Positions 19,748 to 30,149 are shown, counted from the first letter of the stretch. The stretch is 64,000 bases of DNA from Candidatus Borrarchaeum weybense (GCA_019057385.1 JAHQJS010000006.1:416001-480000), one strand, 5' to 3'. Program-made: numbers and translations. The notes: a model not told the origin generated them from the sequence alone.

Positions 19748-20139
19748 AAATGACGGCGGGAAGTCCCCTTCCGAAAAGTGGGGGGATTAAAGCCGCTAAC
19801 TTTGAATAATGTTTTGGATAGAATAGATGTGATGAATATCGGGAGGAAGGCAGGGATATAAAACTCCCGTTAGGATGACAGACGAGACGCCCCTGTTAGC
19901 CAGGATTCGGACAGTTGCTAACCCGCGCGAATAACCGCGAAGGTAAAAGGATAATAGCATTTGACGAATCCCTATGATGTGATGCTGGAATTGAAGTTTC
20001 CTATCACAGAATGCCAGGTGGACAGGCCATCCTCAAAAGAGGATGATCTGCGACATACAGCAGAACGTAAAACAAGAGTTTCCCGAAAGGGTTGGGAGGA
20101 CTCGCAGGAAGTTCCATCCGTCAGGGTGGGATAGTTCAC
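19748..20139 (+). mobile_element. Non-autonomous IS200/IS605 element: left end, structured RNA, tnpB 3' remnant/omegaRNA, right end
   Basis: Preceded by TTTAA; LE hairpin at ~19754-19796. 19998 onward translates FLSQNARWTG and (shifted frame) LRHT...SQEVPSVRVG*, like TnpB C-termini. Ends GGAAGTTCCATCCGTCAGGGTGGGATAGTTCAC. Confidence 0.8.
19840..20139 (+). ncRNA. Putative structured ncRNA (pseudoknotted 5' module plus omegaRNA-like 3' part)
   Basis: GC-rich, no ORF, multiple complementary pairs: CGGGAG/CTCCCG, GGCAGGG/CCCTGTT, GTTAGC/GCTAAC, GGATTCG/CGAATCC, CATCCTC/GAGGATG. Confidence 0.55.
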
Positions 20140-20325
20140 AAATGCTTCAAGAATGACTAGTAATATCCAAGATACGCGGCTCGTTATCTCACAATCTTAG
20201 TTAAGTTTTTAGAAGAAAAATCATCATCGTCCTTTCTGAATTTCATTCTTGAAACATGGATCTGCCTTTTTTGCGCACATCGGGCATCAATCGTGTGATT
20301 AAAAAATCTTAAAGGTGCAAAAAGC

Positions 20326-21027
20326 GTGGATGTAAGAAGAGGAAAATTATGGTACGATCGCATCAGAATTTGGGCTTTCTTTATTCTTCTAGTTCTGATG
20401 GCATATCATAGTTTGAAATACTACACTATATCTTACAGATATGCTGGTTTGAGTCTTTTAGTAGAAGTTCTAGGGATTGGTTTATTTATTTTAGTTTTCC
20501 TGTTCGGTGTTTTTTGTTGTTTTCTCGCTGTGACGGTGGTTCATGCTAAAGTAGAAAAACTTGAAAAACGAAAGAATATCATACTCTTTCAGATCCTTTT
20601 CTACTTGTTCTTAGCGTTGGCATCAATTTCTTATAGTTTTTCACTTGCTGAAGGTATCTTTGGCGCTCGTGCACAGCTTTTTTTCTCAAGAAATATCCGT
20701 ACTATCATTAGTGGTTTTTATTCCAGCCTTTTTGTATTAACTATCCTTAAAGAGGTTAGAATCGCTCTAAAAGAAGTAGAGACGGAATATGAACGGCGTA
20801 TTCGTTTGATTAAACGAGGAAGTGACCTCAAAAAATTTGAAAAAACTCAACCCAGTTATAAGCTAGATAATTTACTGGATTTCCTATTCAAAACCTCTGT
20901 AACTCAGATCTTAATGATTTTTGGCTATAATTTGCTGCTACTCTATGTCGATGAATCATTCTTGGTGAATGTAGGCTTTACTATTTCTTCTTATGCCATT
21001 GAATTGATTAAACAATGGATTGTTTAG
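20326..21027 (+). CDS. Hypothetical multi-pass membrane protein
   Basis: 233-aa ORF with 5-6 hydrophobic segments. Confidence 0.65.
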   Translation: MDVRRGKLWYDRIRIWAFFILLVLMAYHSLKYYTISYRYAGLSLLVEVLGIGLFILVFLFGVFCCFLAVTVVHAKVEKLEKRKNIILFQILFYLFLALASISYSFSLAEGIFGARAQLFFSRNIRTIISGFYSSLFVLTILKEVRIALKEVETEYERRIRLIKRGSDLKKFEKTQPSYKLDNLLDFLFKTSVTQILMIFGYNLLLLYVDESFLVNVGFTISSYAIELIKQWIV

Positions 21028-21221
21028 TCACTTTACTGTTATATCTAATTGAAACCAATTTATTGGTTGAATAAAAGGTCTTAAAGCCCGACAAATCTAG
21101 TACTTTTTGTATATCATATAAAATGACGGTATCTCTAAATAGTGTGATTTTAACCCCAATTCCATTTTTCTAAAAGAATGGTTTATTAAATCAAGAATCA
21201 TAGTATTGGTGAGGGAAAAAA

Positions 21222-24200
21222 TTGACTTTGAGTTTATCTGAAAATTCACTAAAAATTCTCGAGCGCCGCTATTTGGCCAAGAACGAGAAAAGGGAACTAA
21301 TTGAAACACCTGAGGAAATGTTTAGTCGTGTCGCTAATAATATAGCTTCTGCGGAGGCACTCTATGGCGGCGATGTTGAACGAATGGGATTAGATTTTTA
21401 TGAAATAATGACTTCCTTTAAGTTTCTCCCTAACTCTCCGACGCTTATGAACGCTGGTCGAGAACTTCAGCAATTATCTGCATGTTTTGTAATTCCAATT
21501 GACGATTCTATTGACAGTATCTTCGACGCAGTTAAGTATACTGCTCTAATTCACAAGAGTGGTGGCGGAACGGGGTTTGCTTTTTCTCGCTTGCGTCCTA
21601 AAAATGATGTAGTTCGAACGACCGGGGGCATAGCTAGTGGTCCCATCTCCTTTATGAAAGTACTTAATACTAGTACTGAAGTTATCAAGCAAGGAGGATG
21701 CTTAGTTCCTAATACTTTAGTCTTTTCAAATAAAGGTCTCCTTCGTTTGAACGAGTTAGTAGATGAAAAAGTTCGGGGCTGGCAGGAACACGATCTAAAA
21801 GTTGCTACCGATAATGGAGAAAAGATATCTCCCCGAGGATATAATAATGGAGTTGTATCTGTTCTCAGAGTTACTACTGAACAAGAGATTAATCTTACAG
21901 GTACACCTAATCACAAGGTAAAAGTGATGACAGATGAAGGGACTGTTTGGAGACAATTAAGTGAATTAAGACCAGGAGATGCTATTCTTGTTAAATTAGG
22001 ACAGCATAGAGGACAAATTCAAAAACTTAAGCACCCTGAAATTCAGCATCACAACCAGAAAGAAATTGATCTTCCTTCAGTTCTAGATGAATCACTGGCC
22101 TTCTTACTTGGTCTTCTGGCAGGTGATGGTTTTGTTGCGAGTGGATTAAAAGATTATCGTATCGGGTTCAGTATCAGTCATAATTCTTACTTGATTGAAG
22201 AGTTACCAGAATTTTTGGAGAAATTATTTCCAGGTATTCACGTTCAGCTAATGCAGAAAGATGATGATGCTTCAGTCAATTTTATTGTGAGCAGTCGGTC
22301 ACTTAAGGAATTTTTGGTATTAAATAATCTATCAAAGGAAGAAAGCCATAAGGTATCAGTTCCTCTATTAATAAGGAAAAGCCCACCATCTGTGGTCGGG
22401 GCTTATTTAAGAGGTCTCTTCGAAGCTGATGGTACAATAACACATGGATATCCCGTACTAACATCTACTTCTCATCGGTTAATTCAAGAAGCGTCTGCAT
22501 TACTAATAGGATTAGGATGCCCTGTATCCATACGTGAAATTCCTGCAAATGAAGATCGCTTTGGATCAGACAATCTATGGTCCCTAAAACTGCGATCCCA
22601 CGTTGCTTTAGATGTCTGGAAAGACAAGATTGGATGCGATTCACGATCTCGTTTTGTTAGTTGCTACGATTTTTCACCAGATTTAGAAAGAGAGCAAAAT
22701 TATGTACTTCCAAGTGTCAAATGGTGGGTTGAGCCTGTTCTAAAAGCTATTACCCTACCACAGAGAGATAAAAAGGGAAGGGGAATGGGAAAGAAATTCA
22801 GATCAACTGCACCTAAGTTGCGAAATAAACTTCTACGTTATATTCGTGGAGAGCGGCAATTTACCTTTAGTGCTTATTGTAATCTATCAAAAGAATACCC
22901 CGAATTCACTGCGAATGCTCGTGATGTTAACAATTTATGGTTCATTACTGTTACAGATATTCAAAAAGTAGGCAAATCACAAACCATGGATTTAGAGGTC
23001 AATGAAAACCATACTTATTTAGCCCATGGAATGGTCACCCACAACACAAGGCGTGGCGCTAATATGGGCATTCTCCGCGTAGATCATCCCGATATAATTG
23101 AATTTATTACCTCGAAAAGTGACCTAACAGAACTAACCAACTTCAATATTTCAGTCGCAGCAACTGATGAGTTTATGAAAGCAGTAAAAACTGATCGGAA
23201 ATATAATTTGATTAATCCTCGCACAAATAAAATAGTTGAAACTCTAGACGCAAAAGATGTATTCGATTTGATTATTGAAATGGCTTGGAAAAACGGAGAG
23301 CCCGGTTTATTCTTTATTGATCGTGCAAATCAATTTAATCCTACGCCCGCTTTAGGAGATTATGAAAGCACTAATCCTTGTTTGCCAGGAGATACTTTAA
23401 TTGCAACTGCAGATGGAAGGGGAACAATTCCGATAGAAAAACTTGCTAATGAAGACAAAGATGTTCCTGTATTTACAGAAAATAATGACGGCAAAATTGT
23501 AGTTAGATATATGCGAAGACCTAGACTTACTGGAAAGAATGTTCCTGTCTATAAAATTGCTTTAGATTCAGGAGATGTTATTAAAGCAACTAAAAATCAT
23601 GTCTTCTACCTTAGAGATGGAACTAGTAGACGCACAGACGAGTTAAAGCCAGGCGACAGTCTTCATGTTTTAACCAAAGTATTACAATGGCAAAAGGGAA
23701 AATACACAAAAAATAGGTCAAAAAAATATTGGAGGATGTATAATCGAGGAATATCGGATAAATCAGAGCACAATATCATTGCAAGGTTTTTCCATAATAA
23801 TAATAAAGAAATATCTGAAGATTGTGTAGTCCATCATATTGATTTTAATTCAACAAATAACTCGCCTACTAATCTTGAAATTCTTAGAATCAGTGACCAT
23901 GATCAACTTCATAGTCATTCAATAAAAGGTGAAAACAATCCGCTCTATAAATTAAAGCAAAACAAGGAAGTTTGGGAAAAATATAAAGCTGAGAATCCGT
24001 TTTATAATACTAAAGGTGAAAATAACCCTAATTATAGGAAGCATCACTCAGAAGAAACGAAAAGAAAAATAGGAGAAAAATCTAGAGAATTATTTGCCAA
24101 TCCTGAAGTAAGAAAAGCGTTTTCAGAGAGAATGACCAAACTCTGGAATGATGAGAACTATCAAAAAAATGCAGAAAAAGGTTTTCATAAAAGAGCCTTA

Positions 24201-26135
24201 CGTAAATTAGAAGAATGTAGAGAAAAAACAGATCTGCAATGTTATTTGAAAGGAAATAGTGTTATGGTCAAGAAAACCTGTGAAAACTGTGGATCTGAAT
24301 TTTCAATTAGTTTTAGCGAAAGAGAACTTGGCTTTTGTGGCAAAGAATGCTTCATGGACTTTTTAAATTCAGATGACTCAATTTTCGAAAAAAGAGTAGA
24401 AGGCGTAAGAAATGCTTACAAAGAGAGAGCAAGACGAAATAAAGAACAACAAATTGAAAAATACATAGAATTACTGGACAAACTAGACCGTGTACCATTT
24501 AAGAAAGAATGGGAAGATTTCTGCAAAGAATCAATAGTTACTTTTAGATTAGGGACTAAATATGGTTCCAAGACTTACAAAGAATTAAAAGAAGCCGCAG
24601 ATATGTACAATCATAAAATCGTTTCAATTGAATACCTAGGCAAAGAAGATGTATATAATGGGACAGTAGATGATTTTCATACATTTTTTATTGGAGGTTT
24701 CGAGTCTAAGAGCAAGAATAGAAAGAAAGTAAGATTCATTAAAACTAAAAACTGCGGCGAGCAATTGTTACTTCCTATGGAGAGCTGCAATTTAGGTTCC
24801 ATCAATCTTTCAAAGATGGTTAAACAAGAAAACGGACACTGCACAGTTGATTATGAGGAATTGAAGAGAGTGGTTAGACTTTCAGTAAGATTTCTCGATA
24901 ATGTTATTGATATGAACAACTATCCACTTCCAGAAATTGAAAAAATGACTAAAGAAAATAGAAAGATTGGTTTGGGAGTTATGGGGTGGGCAGATTTACT
25001 AATTCAATTGAGAATTCCTTATGATTCACTAGATGCTCTTGAACTTGCAGAAAAAATCATGAGGTTTATTTCAGAAGAAGGCCGCAAAGCATCTGAAGAC
25101 TTAGCTAAGGAACGTGGTCAATTTCCAAGTTTCGACGATAGTATCTACAAGGATTCAACACCACTACGTAATGCAACAGTTACCACCATAGCTCCCACTG
25201 GAACTATTAGCATGATAGCAGATTGTTCAAGTGGAATTGAACCTCTATTTGCTGTAAGTTATTTCAAGAAAGTAATGGATGGTGAAAAACTCGTAACTGT
25301 CAACTCGTACTTCGAAGGCATTGCAAATGAAGAAGGCATTTACAGTCAAGATTTAATGCAGAAAATTGCAGAACAAGGAACTATTCAAAAAATTGATGAA
25401 ATTCCTGAGCATATTCGTAGACTTTTCGTCACAGCACATGATATCACACCTGAATGGCATGTGCGTATGCAAGCTGCGTTTCAGAAATATACTGATAACG
25501 CTGTCAGTAAAACGGTAAATATGCCGCAAGAGGCCACAAAGTCCGATGTAGCAACTGTATTTATGACTGCTTATGAACTGGGTTGTAAAGGAGTAACTGT
25601 GTTTCGTTATGGTAGTAGAGAAGCAGTTGTGAATATAGGCAAGGCTGAGGAGGCTCCTAAAGAGGATGTACTTACACCACGCACTAGACCGTCTGTGACT
25701 GTAGGTGAGACGGAAAGAATAAGAACTGGATGCGGTAATCTTTACGTTACCATAAACGCTGATAGCGAGGGTCTTTTTGAGGTATTTTCAACGCTTGGAC
25801 ATTCTGGGGGATGTCCTAGTGCCCAATCGGAGGCAATCAGTCGTCTAATTTCATTATCTCTTCGTTCAGGTGTAAAAATTGAATCAATTGTCAAGCAATT
25901 GCGAGAAATACGTTGTCCGTCAGCTTCTTGGGACGAAGGTACGTTGATTCTCTCATGTCCTGATGCAATTGGCAAGGCACTTTCTCGATATATCGAAAGA
26001 CACGAAATAGAAGGCTCTTATGAAAAAACTGCTATGAAATCATATTATGGTGTTTGTCCAGATTGCGGAGGACAACTTGTTCACGAAGAAGGTTGTCTAA
26101 TCTGTAAGTCATGTGGAGCATCAAAGTGTGAGTAA
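21222..26135 (+). CDS. nrdJ: Class II (B12-dependent) ribonucleotide reductase with C-terminal TSCPD domain and two inteins
   Basis: FLPNSPTLMNAG, QLSACFV, NP|CGEQ, ESCNLGSINL, TIAPTGTIS, ILSCPDAI and terminal Zn ribbon; ~730 aa after splicing. Confidence 0.95.
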   Translation: MTLSLSENSLKILERRYLAKNEKRELIETPEEMFSRVANNIASAEALYGGDVERMGLDFYEIMTSFKFLPNSPTLMNAGRELQQLSACFVIPIDDSIDSIFDAVKYTALIHKSGGGTGFAFSRLRPKNDVVRTTGGIASGPISFMKVLNTSTEVIKQGGCLVPNTLVFSNKGLLRLNELVDEKVRGWQEHDLKVATDNGEKISPRGYNNGVVSVLRVTTEQEINLTGTPNHKVKVMTDEGTVWRQLSELRPGDAILVKLGQHRGQIQKLKHPEIQHHNQKEIDLPSVLDESLAFLLGLLAGDGFVASGLKDYRIGFSISHNSYLIEELPEFLEKLFPGIHVQLMQKDDDASVNFIVSSRSLKEFLVLNNLSKEESHKVSVPLLIRKSPPSVVGAYLRGLFEADGTITHGYPVLTSTSHRLIQEASALLIGLGCPVSIREIPANEDRFGSDNLWSLKLRSHVALDVWKDKIGCDSRSRFVSCYDFSPDLEREQNYVLPSVKWWVEPVLKAITLPQRDKKGRGMGKKFRSTAPKLRNKLLRYIRGERQFTFSAYCNLSKEYPEFTANARDVNNLWFITVTDIQKVGKSQTMDLEVNENHTYLAHGMVTHNTRRGANMGILRVDHPDIIEFITSKSDLTELTNFNISVAATDEFMKAVKTDRKYNLINPRTNKIVETLDAKDVFDLIIEMAWKNGEPGLFFIDRANQFNPTPALGDYESTNPCLPGDTLIATADGRGTIPIEKLANEDKDVPVFTENNDGKIVVRYMRRPRLTGKNVPVYKIALDSGDVIKATKNHVFYLRDGTSRRTDELKPGDSLHVLTKVLQWQKGKYTKNRSKKYWRMYNRGISDKSEHNIIARFFHNNNKEISEDCVVHHIDFNSTNNSPTNLEILRISDHDQLHSHSIKGENNPLYKLKQNKEVWEKYKAENPFYNTKGENNPNYRKHHSEETKRKIGEKSRELFANPEVRKAFSERMTKLWNDENYQKNAEKGFHKRALRKLEECREKTDLQCYLKGNSVMVKKTCENCGSEFSISFSERELGFCGKECFMDFLNSDDSIFEKRVEGVRNAYKERARRNKEQQIEKYIELLDKLDRVPFKKEWEDFCKESIVTFRLGTKYGSKTYKELKEAADMYNHKIVSIEYLGKEDVYNGTVDDFHTFFIGGFESKSKNRKKVRFIKTKNCGEQLLLPMESCNLGSINLSKMVKQENGHCTVDYEELKRVVRLSVRFLDNVIDMNNYPLPEIEKMTKENRKIGLGVMGWADLLIQLRIPYDSLDALELAEKIMRFISEEGRKASEDLAKERGQFPSFDDSIYKDSTPLRNATVTTIAPTGTISMIADCSSGIEPLFAVSYFKKVMDGEKLVTVNSYFEGIANEEGIYSQDLMQKIAEQGTIQKIDEIPEHIRRLFVTAHDITPEWHVRMQAAFQKYTDNAVSKTVNMPQEATKSDVATVFMTAYELGCKGVTVFRYGSREAVVNIGKAEEAPKEDVLTPRTRPSVTVGETERIRTGCGNLYVTINADSEGLFEVFSTLGHSGGCPSAQSEAISRLISLSLRSGVKIESIVKQLREIRCPSASWDEGTLILSCPDAIGKALSRYIERHEIEGSYEKTAMKSYYGVCPDCGGQLVHEEGCLICKSCGASKCE
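21699..23045 (+). mobile_element. Intein 1 in NrdJ with LAGLIDADG homing endonuclease (449 aa)
   Basis: KQGG|CLVPNT...VTHN|TRRGANM; LLGLLAGDG and YLRGLFEADG motifs. Confidence 0.92.
23379..24752 (+). mobile_element. Intein 2 in NrdJ with HNH endonuclease, NUMOD3 repeats and Zn finger (458 aa)
   Basis: STNP|CLPGDT...IKTKN|CGEQ; VHHIDFNSTNNSPTNL; KGENNP twice; HSEETKRKI; CENC...FCGKEC. Confidence 0.92.
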
Positions 26136-26164
26136 TCTCCCTTTTTCCATTAGACGAGTTAGAT

Positions 26165-27379
26165 CTAATTCAAACCAAAAACAAGAATATACTCCAGTTT
26201 AAGCGCCCTTGGGTCGTATGAATATCGTCCTGTGGTATACCAGGGTTTACGAGAGATAATTCGCTCTATCTTGAAACCCTTATCAGTCGCTAAATTGATA
26301 ATTACTTTATGCGTGGCTAAGGGTTTTTTTCTAATTGTACAATCTCCTATAACGACGCAACATTTTCTATTGGGTTTTATAACTCTGTACATTTCAGTTA
26401 AGCATTTATCTAGGTCTGAAAAGTATTTGTCCACTAATTTTTTATTTGTAGCTGGCCATGCCCGAATTTCTTCTTTTCTAGTTGTTAAATATTTAAGATC
26501 TAACCAATGCATCGTTGGTTTGAAAACAGGTGCATAATCAAACGCATTAAGATATGGAGGATGCGAAATTATCAAATCAACACTTTCATCATCTACTATT
26601 TTCTGTAGATCTCTACTATCGTGCTGAAATACCTTCGTAAATACATCTTTTGCTGTTTCTTGTGAAAATAATTTCATTCTTTCAATCATGTCTTCAACTT
26701 TGTCTTTAAATGCTACAAGGACTTTGCGTGGCTTCTTTTTTTTGTTAATGTGTGGTCTTACCTCTCCATCGAATGCTAAACTGCAACGACGGATTATAGC
26801 TCCAAATGCTAGTTTAAAAAAATCTTTGAGAGCATCATCTTCCTCTAACCCAAATACATGATGCCTTAAAACGCCCAAATGATTTATTTGCTTTGATGTA
26901 AACCATTTATCAATTGAGGAAAAATCTGCTTTTGATGGTATAGATAAAGTAACTTCATTATTTTTCTCTTCAAGATTTGAAATGTCGAGAGAGGACTTTT
27001 GTAATAAATCCATAAACGTATCTGACAATTTTCGTGGATCAATTATAGTTGTTTTTACTTTTGAGGCAAGAACACCGAGAGGATTGATCTCTACTCCAAT
27101 CGAGTTTCTTCCATGCAGTTTTGCTTCCACTAAGCCCGTGCCACAACCGGCAAAATTGTCTAGGATGATATCTTGCCTTTCAGTATATCTTTTTACCAAA
27201 TTTGTCGCGATAGGTGGTATATACTTTCCATAGTATCGAACAAAATTGTGTGTAAGATACGCCAATTGAGGAATTGTGTCCCTGATATCCCACTCCTCTT
27301 TTGGAATTATTTTATAGTCTTCTTCAGTAATATGTGCGTTCCACATTGAATTCACATAGATATCTTTCGTGCTTTTCAC
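26165..27379 (-). CDS. Amino (N4-C/N6-A) DNA methyltransferase, apparently orphan
   Basis: THNFVRYYGKYIP, DNFAGCGTGL (motif I), ISHPPY (motif IV variant), VIGD. Confidence 0.85.
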   Translation of the reverse strand: MKSTKDIYVNSMWNAHITEEDYKIIPKEEWDIRDTIPQLAYLTHNFVRYYGKYIPPIATNLVKRYTERQDIILDNFAGCGTGLVEAKLHGRNSIGVEINPLGVLASKVKTTIIDPRKLSDTFMDLLQKSSLDISNLEEKNNEVTLSIPSKADFSSIDKWFTSKQINHLGVLRHHVFGLEEDDALKDFFKLAFGAIIRRCSLAFDGEVRPHINKKKKPRKVLVAFKDKVEDMIERMKLFSQETAKDVFTKVFQHDSRDLQKIVDDESVDLIISHPPYLNAFDYAPVFKPTMHWLDLKYLTTRKEEIRAWPATNKKLVDKYFSDLDKCLTEMYRVIKPNRKCCVVIGDCTIRKKPLATHKVIINLATDKGFKIERIISRKPWYTTGRYSYDPRALKLEYILVFGLN

Positions 27380-27600
27380 TTTTTAACTTTATAGTTAAGA
27401 GAATATTAAAGTATAAAAGTGTGTAAAATGTATAATAGTAAATGGCTTTGAAATTTACTGTAACGTTCTAAAGGCTTGAATATTGCTAGGGACGGAAAAA
27501 AAAGGATAAATTCTTGATCATTTTAATTTTTGCAGATCATTTTTTCAGTACGTCGATGAGGGGCGCTGAATAATCACCTAGATGAAGAGAGGAGGAGATA

Positions 27601-28107
27601 ATGTCAAAAAACACGAAAACACCTTTTCCGGCACTAAAGAGAGGGCTTCCCTGGGAACTAAAATGTAAATTTGCACAGGGACAATTGACGACCCTGTTCA
27701 AGGGTATAATGAATGAAATTCGAGAAAAATATGACGCGGTTGCAGCACTTGAAATTGCTGAAAAGACTTGGAAAAGAGAGGATAGAGTAAAGAATATGGT
27801 AAAAACACTTAAAGATGTTTTCAAAATCGAGGGCAACGATATGGAAGCAATGAATAAGTGGTGGAACATTTATTGGGAGCTGACTGGTGTTGAAGCTACT
27901 TATCTTGAATTGAGTGAAACATACACGAAAACTAAAATCACTAACTGTCCATGGAGCACAACAGATCCCAAGGATATCTGCAACTGGTGCACAATCTACA
28001 GTAATATTATTGAAAAGGCCATGAATCCAAAGGCTACAATTAAACGACTTAAAGGAATGTGTGCAGGAGATCAATATTGTGAATTCTTTACAAAAATCGA
28101 AGAGTGA
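27601..28107 (+). CDS. ATC-hydrolase/V4R-like ligand-binding protein
   Basis: ITNCPW...C...NP...GMCAGDQYCEF pattern. Confidence 0.65.
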   Translation: MSKNTKTPFPALKRGLPWELKCKFAQGQLTTLFKGIMNEIREKYDAVAALEIAEKTWKREDRVKNMVKTLKDVFKIEGNDMEAMNKWWNIYWELTGVEATYLELSETYTKTKITNCPWSTTDPKDICNWCTIYSNIIEKAMNPKATIKRLKGMCAGDQYCEFFTKIEE

Positions 28108-28156
28108 AGATATGGTAAATAATCGTGACCTAGAAGCAATCTCCACTTTTTAAAAC

Positions 28157-28960
28157 TTAGAGAGTTCCTAATAGTTCATCTAACTCTGAGGGATCTCCTA
28201 AAGCCTCTTTCACTATTTCGTTCTGCAATCCCTCAACGGTAGGTCCACAGAAGATCATTTTCCCTCTATTTAGAACAAGTAAGTTTTCTGACCATTTATG
28301 AAATCGTTGATCATGAGATGCAAATAAAATAGCCAATTCTTTTTCTTGTGTAATCTCGTTTAGAAGTTTAATTAGCGCTATTGTTGTCGGTAAATCGAGA
28401 TTTGCATAGGGTTCATCAAATATTAGCATTTTTGGATCCATGGCTAAAACGCCTGCAATTGCGACCCTCTTCTTTTGACCGAAACTTAAGTTAAATGGAG
28501 AATAGTCTTTCCATTCTTCCATTCCCATTTTCCTAAGAGCATCATATACAATTTCTTCAACTTCATTTTCTGGAAGTCCTAAATTTCTAGGCCCAAAGGC
28601 CACATCTTCAAAACAAGTCGTAGCAAAGACTTGATTATCCGGATTTTGAAAAACAAATCCGACCTCTCTTCTAATTTCATCAAAATTTTCTTTATTAACA
28701 ATCTTATCGAAAACACGTACCTCTCCTTTAATTGGGGTATTTAATCCTACAATCATTTTCAAAAGCGTTGTTTTTCCAGCCCCATTTGGACCTGCGATGG
28801 CAAATTTAGTTCCTTGAGGAACTGAAAAACTAATATCTTCCATTAGAAATCCTTTTGAACCATGTTGATATTGAAATGAAACGTCCTTAAACTCCACTGC
28901 CACTGAGTAATCCACTAATACTCCTCCAAATCCATGTGATAATGTAACTCTCGATGTCAA
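28157..28960 (-). CDS. cbiO: Co/Ni ECF transporter ATPase
   Basis: GPNGAGKTT, FQNPDNQ, LSFGQKKRVAIAG, FDEP. Confidence 0.9.
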   Translation of the reverse strand: MTSRVTLSHGFGGVLVDYSVAVEFKDVSFQYQHGSKGFLMEDISFSVPQGTKFAIAGPNGAGKTTLLKMIVGLNTPIKGEVRVFDKIVNKENFDEIRREVGFVFQNPDNQVFATTCFEDVAFGPRNLGLPENEVEEIVYDALRKMGMEEWKDYSPFNLSFGQKKRVAIAGVLAMDPKMLIFDEPYANLDLPTTIALIKLLNEITQEKELAILFASHDQRFHKWSENLLVLNRGKMIFCGPTVEGLQNEIVKEALGDPSELDELLGTL

Positions 28961-29747
28961 TCGGAAGCCATAGTTCTATTATAATCCAAATTACTATACA
29001 AAGAACAATGCAAGTTGCTAATAATGCATATTCTTTTTTCTTTAATCTAGTTTTTCTGAATTGTATCTTGCTTTTAAGTCCTCGAAGGGACATCGCCTCA
29101 TAAACTGCAAGCCCTCTATCATATGAGCGAATGAAGATCATACCTAACATTGCCGCCGCCGCCGCAAAACGTGACTTTTTTGTACCCAAATGTAACCCTC
29201 TTAGAGTCTGAGCCGTTCTAACAGTTGCCGCTTCCTCAAAGATAAGAGGTGCGTAACGTAAGATGAGCATTATCATTGATACCATTGTTTCCGGCAGACG
29301 AATATCTCTTAACCCGTCCACAAACTCTTGCATGGTCATCGAGGACGTAAATGTTGTGATTATCAAAACCGCACAGATCCCTCTAAGCATTATCAGGGCA
29401 AAAAATCGCAATCCTTCTTGGTAGACATTTACCGTGAACCCTAAAAGTTGAAATGTAGTGATAATTGCATCAGGAGACCCTTTTGAAAACGTGTTAAAGA
29501 TTCCGAGGGAAAACAGCACAGGAATTGCCACCCATGAATGCTCTATGGCATGAAGAATTCGCCCTTGTAGTGACTTTGCGATAACTAATGCGCAAATGAA
29601 AGTCAAAAAAATTATGACGAAATCTGTGTTTGCGACAACTGCGACTGCAAATGCAATCATGAGTACAACTTTCGCTGCAGGTGATAACTGTGGAGGACTT
29701 TCCTCACTAAATTTTCTAAAAGGTAACGTAAAGTAGTGCCCTTTCAT
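28887..29747 (-). CDS. cbiQ: Co/Ni ECF transporter T component
   Basis: LRYAP...AQTLRG...RSYDRG..VYEAMSLRG. Confidence 0.88.
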   Translation of the reverse strand: MKGHYFTLPFRKFSEESPPQLSPAAKVVLMIAFAVAVVANTDFVIIFLTFICALVIAKSLQGRILHAIEHSWVAIPVLFSLGIFNTFSKGSPDAIITTFQLLGFTVNVYQEGLRFFALIMLRGICAVLIITTFTSSMTMQEFVDGLRDIRLPETMVSMIMLILRYAPLIFEEAATVRTAQTLRGLHLGTKKSRFAAAAAMLGMIFIRSYDRGLAVYEAMSLRGLKSKIQFRKTRLKKKEYALLATCIVLCIVIWIIIELWLPIDIESYIITWIWRSISGLLSGSGV

Positions 29748-29855
29748 AACTAAGATCTCCAGTGGGAGAGAAATTCTTCTAACAACTTATGGTGTCGTGA
29801 ATATAACAAGTATAAAAAAAAGATTGTGAAACTTACATATAAGTAAGAAAAAAAT

Positions 29856-30149
29856 TCAGCTTCTTTTTAGATACCGAACTGCCAGCATTATCACAATGAT
29901 GATTGCGAACACACTAACCATACCGACCGCCATAGTTAGAAGATCAGCCGCGAACCCTTCACCAAACGATAAAAAGCCGCCCTCTGCACCTTCCACGCCG
30001 ACTGCTTCGAACATTCTCTCAAGACCATCTGGATTTTCTGAGGCTATAAATGCAAATACAGCCATGATTACAAATGCTACTATCAGTGACAATATCACGT
30101 ATCTAGGAATTGTAAAACCTTCTTTAGTAGTTGCAGCCATTATTTTCAC
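29856..30149 (-). CDS. PDGLE-domain (NikN/CbiN-like) component
   Basis: ASENPDGLE between two TM helices. Confidence 0.88.
   Translation of the reverse strand: MKIMAATTKEGFTIPRYVILSLIVAFVIMAVFAFIASENPDGLERMFEAVGVEGAEGGFLSFGEGFAADLLTMAVGMVSVFAIIIVIMLAVRYLKRS

Noticed and set aside
19840-20139. RNase P RNA, SRP RNA, group I/II intron or hammerhead ribozyme
   Set aside because: The conserved cores were not found by eye (RNase P P4 GAGGAAAGUCC, SRP helix 8, group I P7 pair, group II domain V, hammerhead CUGANGA + GAAA), and the flanks identify an IS605 derivative.
27537-28146. Minus-strand ORFs 27537-27869 and 27658-28146, and similar short antisense ORFs throughout the track
   Set aside because: They are shadows of well-supported genes on the other strand and have no motifs or SD.
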